Origin: Octopus vulgaris
Lineage: Eukaryota
Assembly (NCBI GenBank): GCA_951406725.2
Contig: OX597817.1
Coordinates: 69,192,001-69,256,000 of the forward strand
Reading direction: 5' to 3'
Length of the DNA: 64,000 nucleotides
In this document: positions 1 through 12,229 of the stretch, piece by piece
How the letters are laid out: every line of letters begins with the position of its first letter
How positions within the stretch are numbered: position 1 is the first letter of the stretch
Program-made: the position numbers and the translations under genes
Notes under the pieces: generated by a model
The model's database searches: none
The model's input: only the letters and a program-made list of their open reading frames with translations
What the model was told of the DNA's origin: nothing

Positions 1-329
1 TCTAAATGGTTTCAACCTCTCTGCTATCAAAGGGCTTGTGAAGATTATGAATACTAACCACTTTCTCCAAACTCAGCAAGTAAAAGAAAAAAATTCCTTA
101 ACAGCATCAAGTAAGTATGTGACATCCTCTGCCATGACTAGACACTAAAAGCACTGAGAATATACAATGTCTATGAAAAATTGCAAATAATTTTACTCAG
201 GGAACCCAAAGAAAAGGCAAAACCTCAATAGCAATGCAAAGAGTACCACAATGATTAAAACCCTTATGTCTAAAACAACTTTCTGTGATATCTACTGCAA
301 ACCACAACCTGGCTTACACGCCTTTCTCT

Positions 330-711
330 AGGTGTAGGAATGGCTGTGTGGTAAGTAACTTGCTTACGAACCACATGGCTCTGGGTTCAGTCCCACTATG
401 TGGCACTTTGAGCAAGTGTCTTCTACTATAGCCTCGGGTCGACCAAAGCCTTGTGAGTGGATTTGGTAGATGGAAACTGAAAGAAGCCCGTCGTATATAT
501 GTATATATATATATATGTATGTGTATATGTTTGTGTGTCCATGTTTGTCCCCCCAATATCGTTTGACAACTGATGCTGGTGTGTTTAACGATAGAATAAG
601 TACTAGGCTTACAACGAGTAAGTCCTGGGAGCGATTTGCTCAACTAAAGGTGGTGCTCCAGCATGGCCACAGTCAAATGACTGAAACAAGTAAAAGAGCA
701 AAAGAGTAAAA
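330..711 (+). mobile_element. tRNA-headed SINE, family A (internally deleted copy)
   Basis: Head TGGCTGTGTGGTAAG...GGTTCAGTCCC (A/B-box-like), internal (TA)n and a GTAAAAGAG-type tail. The same sequence recurs many times in the window. Confidence 0.85.
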
Positions 712-1479
712 GTGTGCCCCATACAATGGCAGTCATTGCTTTTGTGCACTATTAAAGATACTGCCGGTGTTCATTGTTTACCTCGGCATATTTGAACTCT
801 GCCATTCATGCATGTTTATATCGCCACATCCAATAGAGTATACTCGCCTCATTCATTTCAAACTTTTTCATATCTCCCACATTCATCTCCGATATCTCAC
901 TATGAGACAATCAATCTTTTGAAAACCAATCACAAACTGGTTGACATACTGTTTTGAGTTGCAGCTGCATACTGTCATTCTATTAACAATACTGTATCAA
1001 CATTCATTATGTATAATATCTATGTATTGATGTAATAAATGTGAACAGTATGAGACAGTCTGTGAAGATTTAAGGGAAAACATAACTGCTTAGACAACAC
1101 AATGCTAGCATCTAACAGTAAAACGATGCAATTGTTTAGTCACATAGTTTAAATTATGGTTTGCCATTGCTATTGTTGTTGCTGTTGTTGATATCATTGT
1201 TGTAGCATGCTGCTCGATGTTTTAATTTTCATGTTTCATTCTATGACAAATATGTGGTAAATGTTTAAATCTTTCAGTCTGTGTGTGTGAGTGTGTGCAC
1301 GTGTGTGTGTGGGGGGGTGAGTGTGTGCATATGTGGCATGTTCGTGTGGACATGTAAATGCTTATAGAAATATTCCATATATCTATGTACTGTGTGTATG
1401 TTATACATATAGAAGACACACAGCACACAGCTACATGCTATACAGATATACGACATGCAGTACTTAGCAACATGCCATT

Positions 1480-1582
1480 TGTGTGTGTGTATGTATGTAT
1501 GTGTAAATAAATATATATACGTACATAGATATACATATACTTATATATATATTTATATACACATATATATATATACACATAC

Positions 1583-1639
<57 letters not shown>

Positions 1640-1785
1640 CACACATATATACACACATATATATACATATATATACATATATACGCATACATATATACAC
1701 ATGTATATACATATATATAAACATATATATATGCATATACATACACACACATACACATATACATATATATATACACACACACATA

Positions 1786-1838
<53 letters not shown>

Positions 1839-2069
1839 GCATACTTACATATACATATATGTATACATACACACATATATATATATATATATATATGCAG
1901 ATATATATATACACATATACTCACATATATACATATATATATATATATATATACATATATACATATATATACACATATAAACACACATACATTTATATTT
2001 ATATATATGTATACATGTATTTATATATATATACACACACATACACCCACATATATATATACATTTATA

Positions 2070-2138
<69 letters not shown>

Positions 2139-2141
2139 ACC

Positions 2142-2198
<57 letters not shown>

Positions 2199-2208
2199 TT
2201 ATATATCT

Positions 2209-2239
<31 letters not shown>

Positions 2240-2262
2240 TATGTAGGTATGTATGTATATGT
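1480..2262. repeat. Compound (TA)n/(CA)n microsatellite
   Basis: Directly visible. It accounts for the YI/HT-rich ORFs. Confidence 0.97.
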
Positions 2263-3023
2263 CATTGGTTTCACAGAAAACAAATGGAGAGGGAGAGGGT
2301 GAGAGAGGGAGTGAGATATGCATTTAGAGAGCTAAAGTAGTGTAATAACAAAAAGATAGAATGAAAGCTAGAAAGATATGATTGATAATGTAAATATACA
2401 CCACATTTTAGTAAACTAAAATATATGACAAGGCATCATATATAAACATTTAATAGCTCACCGTCAGTTTTGATGATGTGAATTCCAATAGTGAAACTAA
2501 TAGAGCAGCCCACTCATGGAATTAGCATCTAATATGGCTGTGTATTCCACACCCACATGTATATGTAAAGTAATTTTTGGACATAATCAAGATGACATGA
2601 TAAGTGATAAGAATTGTTCTGAGAATTTCAAGTTCAATGCATCCAAAGGCATTCCACACAGTTTATTAATACCATCATCATCATCATCATCAACAGCAGC
2701 GGCAGAAGCAGCATCATTTAACATCCACTTTTCCATGCTTGCATGGGTCAGATGTAGTTTGTGGAAATAGATTTTCTATGGCCACATGCCCTTCCTGTTA
2801 TTAGCCCCGCCCCTGTTTCCAAGCAAGGTAATACTTCACTATAGAAGACTGGGAACAAACAACATTACCAGTAGTATGGTTATGCCCTTTTTCAATCAAC
2901 TCATGATATCAAACCAAGAGTACATTCAAACACATAGGTACATATACTCATTATATTAAAAGAAGAGGACACTCAAACACATATGTTTGAGTGTCCCCAC
3001 ACACACACACATATATATATATA

Positions 3024-3272
3024 TAAATTAGAGAAAAAAACACCTTTTATCAATTCAATGATGAAAAATTAAATTATACCATTTAGAAAAATTACATATA
3101 TATTTGGTATATATACCAAATATATATGTTTTATTTACTATTTTGCATATTACTTAATCATTGTTATATGTTTTATTTTATATTTAATCTTTCTATAATA
3201 TGTAATTTTTCTAAATGGTATAATTTAATTTTTCATTATTGAATTAATGAAAGGTGAGTTTTTTCTAATTTA
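3024..3272. repeat. Fold-back inverted repeat (~75-bp arms) with a nested palindrome
   Basis: AAAAATTAAATTATACCATTTAGAAAAATTACATAT is mirrored by ATATGTAATTTTTCTAAATGGTATAATTTAATTTTT. An inner palindrome spans 3094-3129. Confidence 0.85.
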
Positions 3273-3388
3273 TTTATATATATATTATATTTTATGAAAT
3301 TTGATTTAGTATTTCTAAATTGAATTTTTCCCTGTAAGTTTTGAATAATATTCCCTCATATTATTATTATTATTATTACTATATACAT

Positions 3389-3427
<39 letters not shown>

Positions 3428-3428
<1 letters not shown>

Positions 3429-4386
3429 GAAGGTAATCCCAAAATTAAGGCCTCTAAAACACTGGGAACACAGGGAAACTGTGCACACAGCTATTGGCAA
3501 CATGGTTGTGTTTCTTGTGCATGCACCTACAACTGACCCAGCATGTGCCTCACTGCTAAGTGTGAAGTTTGTGCAGTTGTTCTGTTTTTGAATGCAAAAG
3601 GCATTAAACCAATTGAAATTCATCACCATTTAATGCGAGTCCTGCAGAGAGGTCAAAAACCTCTGCAAGTGGTGTAGGGTGTTTGCAACTGGTTGTGCTG
3701 AAATTCATGATGAAGAAAGAAGCAGGCAACCATAAATTTCCAATGAGACAGTCAGCTGTATGAGATGTGTGTCTGCCAAGTTTGTGCCAAAACTGCTTTC
3801 AGTTGCACAAGTTCTCCCTGATTGTGTTGAGAACAATGAAAATTTTTTGAACATTTTGCATAAGTCTCCGAGCAGGTATCACCAAGCTTTTGGCAAAATT
3901 TGATGCAGATTCTCTGGTGAAAATCAGCTGATCACTCTGGATGATCTCTGCATTTTAGTTCCTGAGGTCTCCCAAAGCACCATCCATAGGGTTTTGAGTG
4001 AAAAGTTGCAATATTGGAAGGTGTGCACAAGATGGGTCTCACGAATGCTCACAGAAGACCATAATCGGCAACCCACCTTATAGTCTGGACTTGGCACCCA
4101 ATGACTACCACCTGTTCCCTAAGTTGATAGAACATTTGGCTGGAACATGTTTCAGCAACAACGAGATGAAAGATGAGGTACAACGCTTCCTCAATGACAT
4201 GGTGGTGAGCTGGTTTGACATGAGCATATAAAAACTGCCCCAGCGCCTACAAAAATGCATTGACCGGAATGACAATTATGTAGAAAATAGATGTTCAAAC
4301 TTTAAAATAATGTAAATATCATTGACAATAAATGTTTCTGTGATATCTAAATATTTTTAGAGACCTTACTTTTGGGATTACCCTCA
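3428..4386 (+). mobile_element. Internally deleted mariner (Tc1/mariner) DNA transposon
   Basis: TIRs of about 30 bp (TGAAGGTAATCCCAAAATTAAGGCCTCTAAAA / TTTTAGAGACCTTACTTTTGGGATTACCCTCA) flanked by TA. Transposase remnants KVCTRWVSRMLTEDH (WVPHEL-like) and PPYSLDLAPNDYHLF (YSPDLAP motif). Most of the catalytic domain is deleted. Confidence 0.9.
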
Positions 4387-4422
4387 TACGTACGTACATA
4401 CATACATACATACATACATACA

Positions 4423-4453
<31 letters not shown>

Positions 4454-4658
4454 GTCACAAACGACAGAATTAGTTGAATGAAATTTTATCCAACAATAAG
4501 AAAATTCCAATTTCATGACAAATTGTTTTGTAACTTAAAAACATATAAATACGTGTGTGTGTGTGTAGATGCATACATATATGTATGTATATATATACTT
4601 AAATAATTATATACATATACTTAAGCACAAATATATATGTATCTATGTGGCATGTGTA

Positions 4659-4702
<44 letters not shown>

Positions 4703-5503
4703 TACATATACACAGAGAAAGATGGAGAGTGAGAGAATGAAACAGACAGACCAATTACTTTTCCATTAAAGTAAGATCAACAAAATAAAAAAGTCCACCG
4801 TATCTAGTGAGAGATAAATATCATTTAATGTACACAGTATAAAAGTAAAAGCTTTGAATAGATTCTTGATATGAAGATACATGGTTAGGCAGGATTTTAT
4901 AAAGTGCTCTCTGAGCAATCTTTAGGCTCTGAGCACATGGTCTGTTTTATTTAGAAATCAAGATATTGTGACATGAGAAAGAACAAAAGCTGTGAAGTTT
5001 TATGCAAAAACTGGAAGGGTTGAAAAAACCACAAAAAAAAAGAAAAGAAAATTAGAGTTACGTCCCCTTTGATTGCTGAACTCATAATTAAACTTGTTGC
5101 TGTAGAATATTTCAGTGGAGAGTGGTGGTCCAAAGACTGCATAACAGATTCTCCAGCTGGAGTGGGTAGTGTCCTCGAGTTCCATTTGCAGACAAACATA
5201 TGAACAGATATCTCTGTTGAATGTTTCTCCATTGAATTATTCTCAAACTAGTTAAGTTATAATTTATATGGTCTAAAGGGATTTAACTCTAATTTTCCTT
5301 CTTTTCTTTTTCCGTTTTTATTTACCCTTCCACTTTTTCACCTGCCTATTTATTTTTTCTCATGGTTTCTCATGTACCAGTGTCCTGATTTTCAAACAGA
5401 ACGAACTAAGTGCCCAAAGCCTAAAAAACAGCTTGGAAACACAAGGCATGTTATAAAGTTTTTCCTAACCACGTGCTTTCACAGCAAGAAACTATTAGTA
5501 GCT

Positions 5504-5543
<40 letters not shown>

Positions 5544-5558
5544 GTCTGATCAACAAGT

Positions 5559-7200
5559 ATGTGGACAGTTGCCATAGTAACAAAGCTAAAGCACACAAAG
5601 AGTCAATTATTTGCCGAGGCTTTTTCAACTATTTTCAAACAAGATGATGGTCGTGAACCCCCTCCATTTGATAGATCGGTACCTCCAATGCTTCAATTGA
5701 TCATCACGCGGGACCAAGTCAAACGTGTTATTCAAGGCCTCGATGTCAACAAGGGTCACGGCCCTGACGGCATACACCCACGGGTTATCAAAGCGTTGGC
5801 TCCGGTCATCTGCGAGCCCTTAACACGACTATTCAATATGTCATTGGCGACGGGTGTTATACCTGCAGACTGGAGAACAGCGATAATCTGCCCAATTTTC
5901 AAGAAAGGGAGCCGCGAAGACCCGCTTAACTACCGACCGGTTTCCCTTACATCAATAATCAGCAAGATGTTCGAAACCATCCTTAAGAAAAGTATGATGC
6001 TCCACCTCCTAAACACAGCCTCGATCACTGATTCCCAACACGGCTTCGTGGCGAAGAGATCATGCTTGACCAACTTACTAGTAATGGAAGAATTGGTGAC
6101 GCGCATCCTCGATGATAGTGATGCTGTTGACATCGTTTTATTGGACTTTGCCAAAGCTTTTGACTCGGTAAACCACCGCCTACTACTTGTCAAGCTTCAA
6201 GCATATAGTTTCCATCCGGATATTGTACGATGGGTTGGTGCCTTCCTCTCAGATCGCTCCTTCCAAGTTCAAGTTAATGGTTCGCGGTCCGACGTCTCCA
6301 GTGCGAGCAGTGGCGTGCCTGAAGGTTCAGTGCTTGGGCCCTTGTTGTTCTTAGTCTTCATAAATGACTTGCCCGACGACCTCACGCAACACACCCTTCT
6401 ATTTGCCGACGATATCAAACTGGTCGCTCCTCGCGGTAGTATAGAGGATCTTCGTCGATGCCTCCACCAAATTTGGAAGTGGTCTAACGATTGGGACCTG
6501 TGTCTGAACGTGTCAAAGTGCTGTCATCTGCCTGTCGGCTCTACTCCTGCAACTCAACTTGATTTCGAGCCGGGTCGTCTGCTGCTGGAGAGGACCGATC
6601 AGGTAAAGGACCTGGGTATCTTGGTGGATTCCTCCTTTTCGCCTTCGGCCCAGTGCGTCCATGCTGCCAACAAAGCGCGCGGAATTCTGTTTTTGATTCG
6701 ACGGTCATTCGGAATGCTCACAGCAGCCATATTCCTGCCACTCTATGTCACGCTGGTGAGACCCATATTGGAGTATGGGATTCAAGCCTCTTCTCCTTAT
6801 CTCCTCAAAGACATACAGCACCTCGAAAGAGTCCAGAGGCTGGCTACCCGCATGGTTCATGGTCTCAAAAATTTGTCCTACGAGGAAAGGCTGAGGACGC
6901 TCGACCTTTGTTCTCTTGAAAACGCCGCCACCGTGGTGATCTCATTCTCGCCCACAACATCATAAGCGGGAAGTGTAACCTCTCGAAAGAGCTGTTCTTC
7001 ACTCCTGCTCTGGAGCGTCGCTGCGGGGTCATTCCGAAAAGCTCTACCTGCGACGATTTCATCTCAATCGAAGGAGAGGAGCTTTCTCCGTCCGGGTTGC
7101 GGATCCGTGGAACAAGCTGCCAGACGAGATGGTGAAGATGCCGACGACCGCTTTGTTCAAAGCCTCCCTGGACCTCAAGTGGCCTGAACTCTTTACATGA
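5559..7200 (+). pseudogene. LINE ORF2 reverse transcriptase (truncated, two frameshifts)
   Basis: Motifs NYRPVSLTS, QHGF, LDFAKAFDSV, GVPEGSVLGP and FADD. The CR1-type C-terminus (RRHRGDLI, LRGHSEKL, FSVRVADPWNKLP) continues after 1-bp losses near 6922 and 7020 to TGA at 7198-7200. The first ~15 aa of the listed ORF come from mariner flank. Confidence 0.92.
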
Positions 7201-7285
7201 ACACCACCCTGTACTTAACTCCATGTCCCCCTACATGGCCTTGCTATTTGCTTTTGAGCCAATTAACTAACTAACTAACTAACTA
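5603..7285 (+). mobile_element. 5'-truncated CR1-clade LINE with (TAAC)n tail
   Basis: RT-encoding body, short 3' UTR and (TAAC)n tail. TSD ACAAAGAG at 5595-5602 and 7286-7293. GC- and CpG-rich compared with the flanks. Confidence 0.93.
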
Positions 7286-8760
7286 ACAAAGAGAAGCCAC
7301 TTGGCAACAATTGACCTTGAACTTTAATGTATATGTGCATTAAGTTTTATCATCCTAGCTCACTTCCGCTGTTTACAGCAGTGCTTTGTAGGAAGGTGTG
7401 TAGTGTGCGATTGTTGCATTGACCATGACAGAGAAACTTGTCATAGCGATACCTGCTCAGAAGCCTATGCAAAGTTGCAGAAAGTGTATGGAGAGGAGTG
7501 TATGAGCTGCACACCAGTGTACAAGTGGTTCAGACGTTTCCAAGATGTTAAAAAAAATGTCAATATTGACGAAATTCCTGGGAGACCTGCTACCAGCAGA
7601 ACTGAGAAAAACATTGCAGATGTGCATGCAGCTGCAAGAAGAAATCATTGAATCACCATCTGTGAGTTATCAGAGGATGTGCAGATTAATTACGGCTTAG
7701 TTCAGTCCATTATCACTGAAGACTTGGGTATGAGATGTGTGTCTGCCAAGTTTGTGCCAAAACTGCTTTCAGTTACACAAGTTCTCCCTGATTATGTTGA
7801 GAACAATGAAAACTTTTTGAACATTTTACATAAGTCTCCGAGCAGGAATCACCAAGCTTTTGGCAAAATTTGATGCAGATTCTCTGGTCAACTTTCTCTG
7901 TCATAGTCAATGCAAAGATTACTCGCTACACAACTTCCTTCCAAGCACTGCTGTAAAAAACGGAAGTTAGAGCATTAAAACTTAGTGCACAAGCATAGCA
8001 GAGTTCAAGGTCAATCTGTGCCAATTGACTTTACTCTGTGTGCTTTAGCTTCATTACTATGGCAACAGTCCGGATATTTATTGATCATATATGTATATAT
8101 CTTTAGTTTCCATCTATGAAATCCACTTGCAAGGCTTTGGTCAGCCTGAGGCTATAGCAGAAGACACTTTCCCAAGGTGCAGTGCAGTGGTATGGCACCC
8201 AAGACAACATGGTTATGAAGCAAGCTTCTTAAACACTCGGCCATACCAGCACCAATCCAAAGTCTATTCAATTTCATTCATCAGGTTTGGATGATTGACT
8301 TAAGATCATGCTGAAAGACCCATGCACAAGATGCTACACTGCAGGATTGAACCTGGACTTCTTTGATTACAAAGCAAACTTCTTAACCATTTGACCATGA
8401 CTGAATTCATACAAATATATATAATATAAAAAAAAAAACTGAACTACATATTTACAAGGACAAGTATACTTGTCTTTAAATTAACACCCTATATCTTTTT
8501 ACTGGTTTCAACCATTGGATTCTAGCCATATTAGTGCAATCAACACTTTGAATGGTATTAGGAAATCAATCATGTTGCTCCCCACTCTCACCCCATTCTT
8601 CAACTGTTAATTATTCATTTGATCTCTGTTAATCAAATAAAGTAGTTACCTTAGTAAATATTATTACAAAATTACATTGGTACACACAAATACAGACTGA
8701 CCTAGATACATTTACATTCGTATATGTATATATGTGTATATATATCTATCTATCTATCTA

Positions 8761-8796
<36 letters not shown>

Positions 8797-8992
8797 GTAG
8801 TTTGTGTTACAAAGGCCAAGTGTAGAGTTAACTAGACTACAGTCACAAGCTGATGATTGATCAACCCTGGTTGGGTTGCTTGCGGTGATTATGTTAGACA
8901 GTTGAAAGATCTGAAACACCCAAAGGCCCCAGGAGACATTACTGATGATTTGTCCAGATGCATCACAGAGAATGTAATGAAAATATATAAAA

Positions 8993-9062
<70 letters not shown>

Positions 9063-9215
9063 GCATACATACATATAGACATACATATATAGACACATGC
9101 ATATATATAATACATAATATACAGTGTGTGTGTGTGTGTATTAAAGGCGGTGCTCCAGCATGGCTGCCGTCAAATGACTGAAACAAATAAAGGAATAAAA
9201 GAATAGAATGTATAT

Positions 9216-10075
9216 ATTTATTGAGAGCTGATTGTTATGGCTGGTCAGAGAGTGACCATTGGTTTTGCACCTAAAAAGTACTTAGCAGTAAAGGTGACTT
9301 GTCAGACTCAACTAATCAGAGGCACATAACCTCTCTACAACTGGAGGAAGGAAAACACCACAGTGAGTTAGTTTTATAAACAAGAACTATATATGCATCC
9401 AGAATGACCCTGCAGGTAGTTTTTCAGGGAGGACAGGGTTATCTCTTTACATCAGTTCCATGGCAATTTTCCAAGCTGCTATTGTGATTCTATTCAATGA
9501 ATGGTGAGTTCCAAATTTGCAACAGGAAATTTCTCTGATGAGGACATTGACTAAAAACCTATTTCCTGGATCAAATGAGTTTTTTCCCCTGGGTCAAGTT
9601 TTTCAGGATTCTTGCTCTCTCTCTGCCAAGCAAAGCTTAAGACATTTGCTTCCATTGATATATGACCCTGGTTCTTTGGGGAGCTTCCATTTAATAATGT
9701 ATGGTGTGCCCTCCTCTTTTAATCCTCATACATAACTGACCAGAGATGGGATATTGTGCCTCTCTAGTATCTTAAAAGAGGACCTATGTTTGGTCATGCA
9801 TTGGTTAAAGGGGATACTGGTTGAATCAACATATTTCTGTGTTTATGTTATAGCCACTGATACTTCTTTCATTAACTGCAGGTTTCCACATTACTGTTGC
9901 AGGAATAAATGCCATTGAGGCTATTCCTAGATGTGATCCTGGTGATTCCATTGCCACTGGAGTAGCCCCCATTGCCGGCTGCATTGTTAATGTTTTGATA
10001 CTGTCATAGCTGTTGGTGTTGTTCTCTTTGTAGCTTATATATATGTATATATTGGAAAATGTGAGAGATCCTTGG
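9216..10075 (-). mobile_element. Penelope-like element remnant (GIY-YIG endonuclease C-terminus plus terminal region)
   Basis: Minus-strand translation of ~9840-9500 gives KYVDSTSIPFNQCMTKHRSSFK..SLVSYV*GLKEEGTPYIIKWKL..GSKCLKLCLAE..FSQCPHQRNFLL. This matches the pattern YIG.T..F..R...H.SSF / W.LK....IKW / C.LC..E / C.H of Penelope GIY-YIG domains. Confidence 0.75.
9250..9309 (-). ncRNA. Degenerate type I hammerhead ribozyme motif
   Basis: Minus strand reads GAGT-CTGACAA-GTCACCT...AGGTGC-AAAA-CCAATGGTC-ACTC. Helix I is GAGT/ACTC, helix III is ACC/GGT and the cleavage triplet is GUC. Both core deviations are explained by CpG decay. Confidence 0.65.
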
Positions 10076-10091
10076 TACATTTAGGTAAATT

Positions 10092-10273
10092 TGAAAAAAG
10101 AAAAAGAATGGCTTCACTGGTAATTCTAATCAGTTAATTTATTAATTTTTAATTTTTTAGTAATATAAATTTTACACTTTATGTACTAAAGTGTAAAATT
10201 TATATTACTAAAAAATTTAAAAATAAATTAAACAGATCAGAACTACTAGAGAAGTCATTCTTTTATTTTTTCA
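10092..10273. repeat. AT-rich fold-back palindrome adjacent to the Penelope remnant
   Basis: TTTTTTAGTAATATAAATTTTACACTTT / AAAGTGTAAAATTTATATTACTAAAAAA core with imperfect outer arms. Confidence 0.85.
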
Positions 10274-10282
10274 TATATATAA

Positions 10283-10620
10283 AAGGGTAAAGACCCCCTT
10301 CGGTCATGAATGACCATGGGATTGCACCTAGAAAGTTACCCTCCTAGACATGAGTCCGGGCAAGGTTGTTTATGGAAGACCAGCAGTTGCCCATGCATAC
10401 CAGCCTCCCCTCTCCACGCCACTAGTGTTATCCAAGGGAAAGACAAAGGTCGATACAGCTTGGCACCAGTGACGTCGCAACTCATTTCTACAGCTGAGTG
10501 AACTGGAGCAACGTGAAATAAAGTGCTTTGCTCAAGAACACAACACACAGCCTGGTCCGGGATTCGAGCTCACAACCTCACGATCGTAAGCTCGACGCTC
10601 TAACCACTGAGCCATGCGCA
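10283..10620 (-). mobile_element. tRNA-derived SINE, family C
   Basis: Minus head TGGCTCAGTGGTTAGAGCG...GCTCGAATCCC (A/B boxes). A 3' fragment recurs at ~54500-54620. Confidence 0.85.
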
Positions 10621-11180
10621 TATATATAAATGATTCACTGCACAGTATTCATTGACTAATGTGAAATTTCTGAAGCAGTTTATATGTACAATTAAGGCTT
10701 TCAGATTATCCATACACCAGCAATTAACTAAGAAATCAAGTTAGAGATGAATGCATTGCTATGCAAATTAGACTGGTCATGTCAGTTGAATCCTGGTATT
10801 TAATATGAATGGTGAGGGAGTATTATCAACTAATGTGACAGCTCTGTGCATGTTCGATGCTAATAAGTCTGTAGGTAAAGAAAATATTGAGTTGAATCTT
10901 GTAGGTGGTTTGATGATGGAAGGCTTGGTAAATACTTTGTTACCAAAGAGACATGTTGAATAGAGAAAGTGAATTGGAGTCTGCAGCTGTATCTAGTAGT
11001 AAGAAACTCTCAAGAGAGCTGAACAGCAGAAGATCTTCAGAGAAGAAAACCCACTCAGGCAAGTTGTTTCAGCGTTTAACCTCTTACTCTAAGAGAGCTA
11101 GATTGCATCCAGGTCATCATTCCTGAATACCCTTCTGCTGACACTTTCTAGCTTCTTGGATATCAGAGACTTGTGCATTT

Positions 11181-11213
<33 letters not shown>

Positions 11214-11959
11214 TTCTTTTAAAGTCCATTTTCCATGCTGCCACAGGATGGATGGTTTCATGGGGGCTGGCTAGGCAGAACATTGCTCCAGGGTTCGCTG
11301 TCTGTTTTGGCAGGGTTTATACAGCTAGATGTCATCTTAACAACCACCTTACAAAGAGCTTATGGTAAAAGTTCCAGGAACTGAGTGGGATGCTCATGAG
11401 TTTGGGAATGTGGCTGAAACAGAGGGGACAGGTATATATTGCATGTATAGGAAGTGCAAGGATTTATGGAAGCGAGATATTGGTAATGAATGCAAAACAG
11501 CAGAGAAAGTTGAATGAATGGAAATGAAACTGGAACAGTGAATCAGTATGTAGTGAATGATGGGAAAAGAATCAGTGATATGTGTTATGAATAGAAAGGA
11601 TCAGATGAGAGGAGTAATGGAAATGAATGGGAAAGAAGAAAGAGGAAGACTGAGAAGGATAAGGTTGGAGTTGATGAAAGAGGAAATCAGTACAGAGGTT
11701 TCTGCAGGGGAATATAGAGTTGGAAGCAAAACTTATAATCAGAGAGTTTATATGGCTAACCTCTGTTTAAGCCTTCCATCATCAAACCACCTACAATTTT
11801 ACACAAATGTGTGCATATTGTTGTTGTTGTATAACTATTTTTAAGCTATCAGTTTCTCCCTCAGCAGAAAATATTCTTAATGAGTCTCCAAAAGGAGATG
11901 AAACTAGTCAAGACAGTCATATACATTTTTGTCCAAAGAGAGATAAAATATTTATTTTT

Positions 11960-12180
11960 AATCTTTTATTTCTTTACTTGTTTCAGTCGTTAGACTGTGG
12001 TCATGCTGGGGCACCACCTTCAACAATTTTACTTGAATGAACTAACCCCAGTATCTTTTTTCTTTTGTCTTTTGCCAAACTGCTAAGTTACAGGGACATA
12101 AACACACTAACACCAGTTGTCAACCAGTGGTAGGGGAAAACACAAACAAAAAGACACATGTGCACACAGACACACAAACA

Positions 12181-12229
<49 letters not shown>

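Larger units (their letters stand above)
5540..8088 (+). mobile_element. Non-autonomous fold-back mariner derivative, interrupted by a LINE in its left inverted repeat
   Basis: The left end (5540-5602 joined to 7294-~7490) is the reverse complement of the right end (~7810-8088), e.g. GTTGCCATAGTAA..AAGCTAAAGCACACA. HTH remnant VYKWFRRFQ..GRP and LGMRCVSAKFVPKLL lie at 7403-7770. Confidence 0.88.

Noticed and set aside
314-709. Recurrent ORFs such as 'SFRLPNPLTRLWS...' and '[19 protein letters not shown]'
   Set aside because: They are chance frames within SINE family A copies.
1438-2302. Long ORFs rich in Y/I/H/T (also at 14.5-15, 16.4-17.1, 19.3-20, 47.4, 52 and 57.7 kb)
   Set aside because: They are translations of dinucleotide microsatellites that lack stop codons.
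4951-5232. Possible exon in unique sequence
   Set aside because: No recognisable homology and weak splice signals on both strands.
5930-7224. Antisense and alternative-frame ORFs over the LINE
   Set aside because: Shadow ORFs of the GC-rich RT.
10540-10620. tRNA gene (also 18520-18600 and 41310-41380)
   Set aside because: The A/B boxes continue into a SINE body and no proper acceptor stem is seen, so these are SINE heads.
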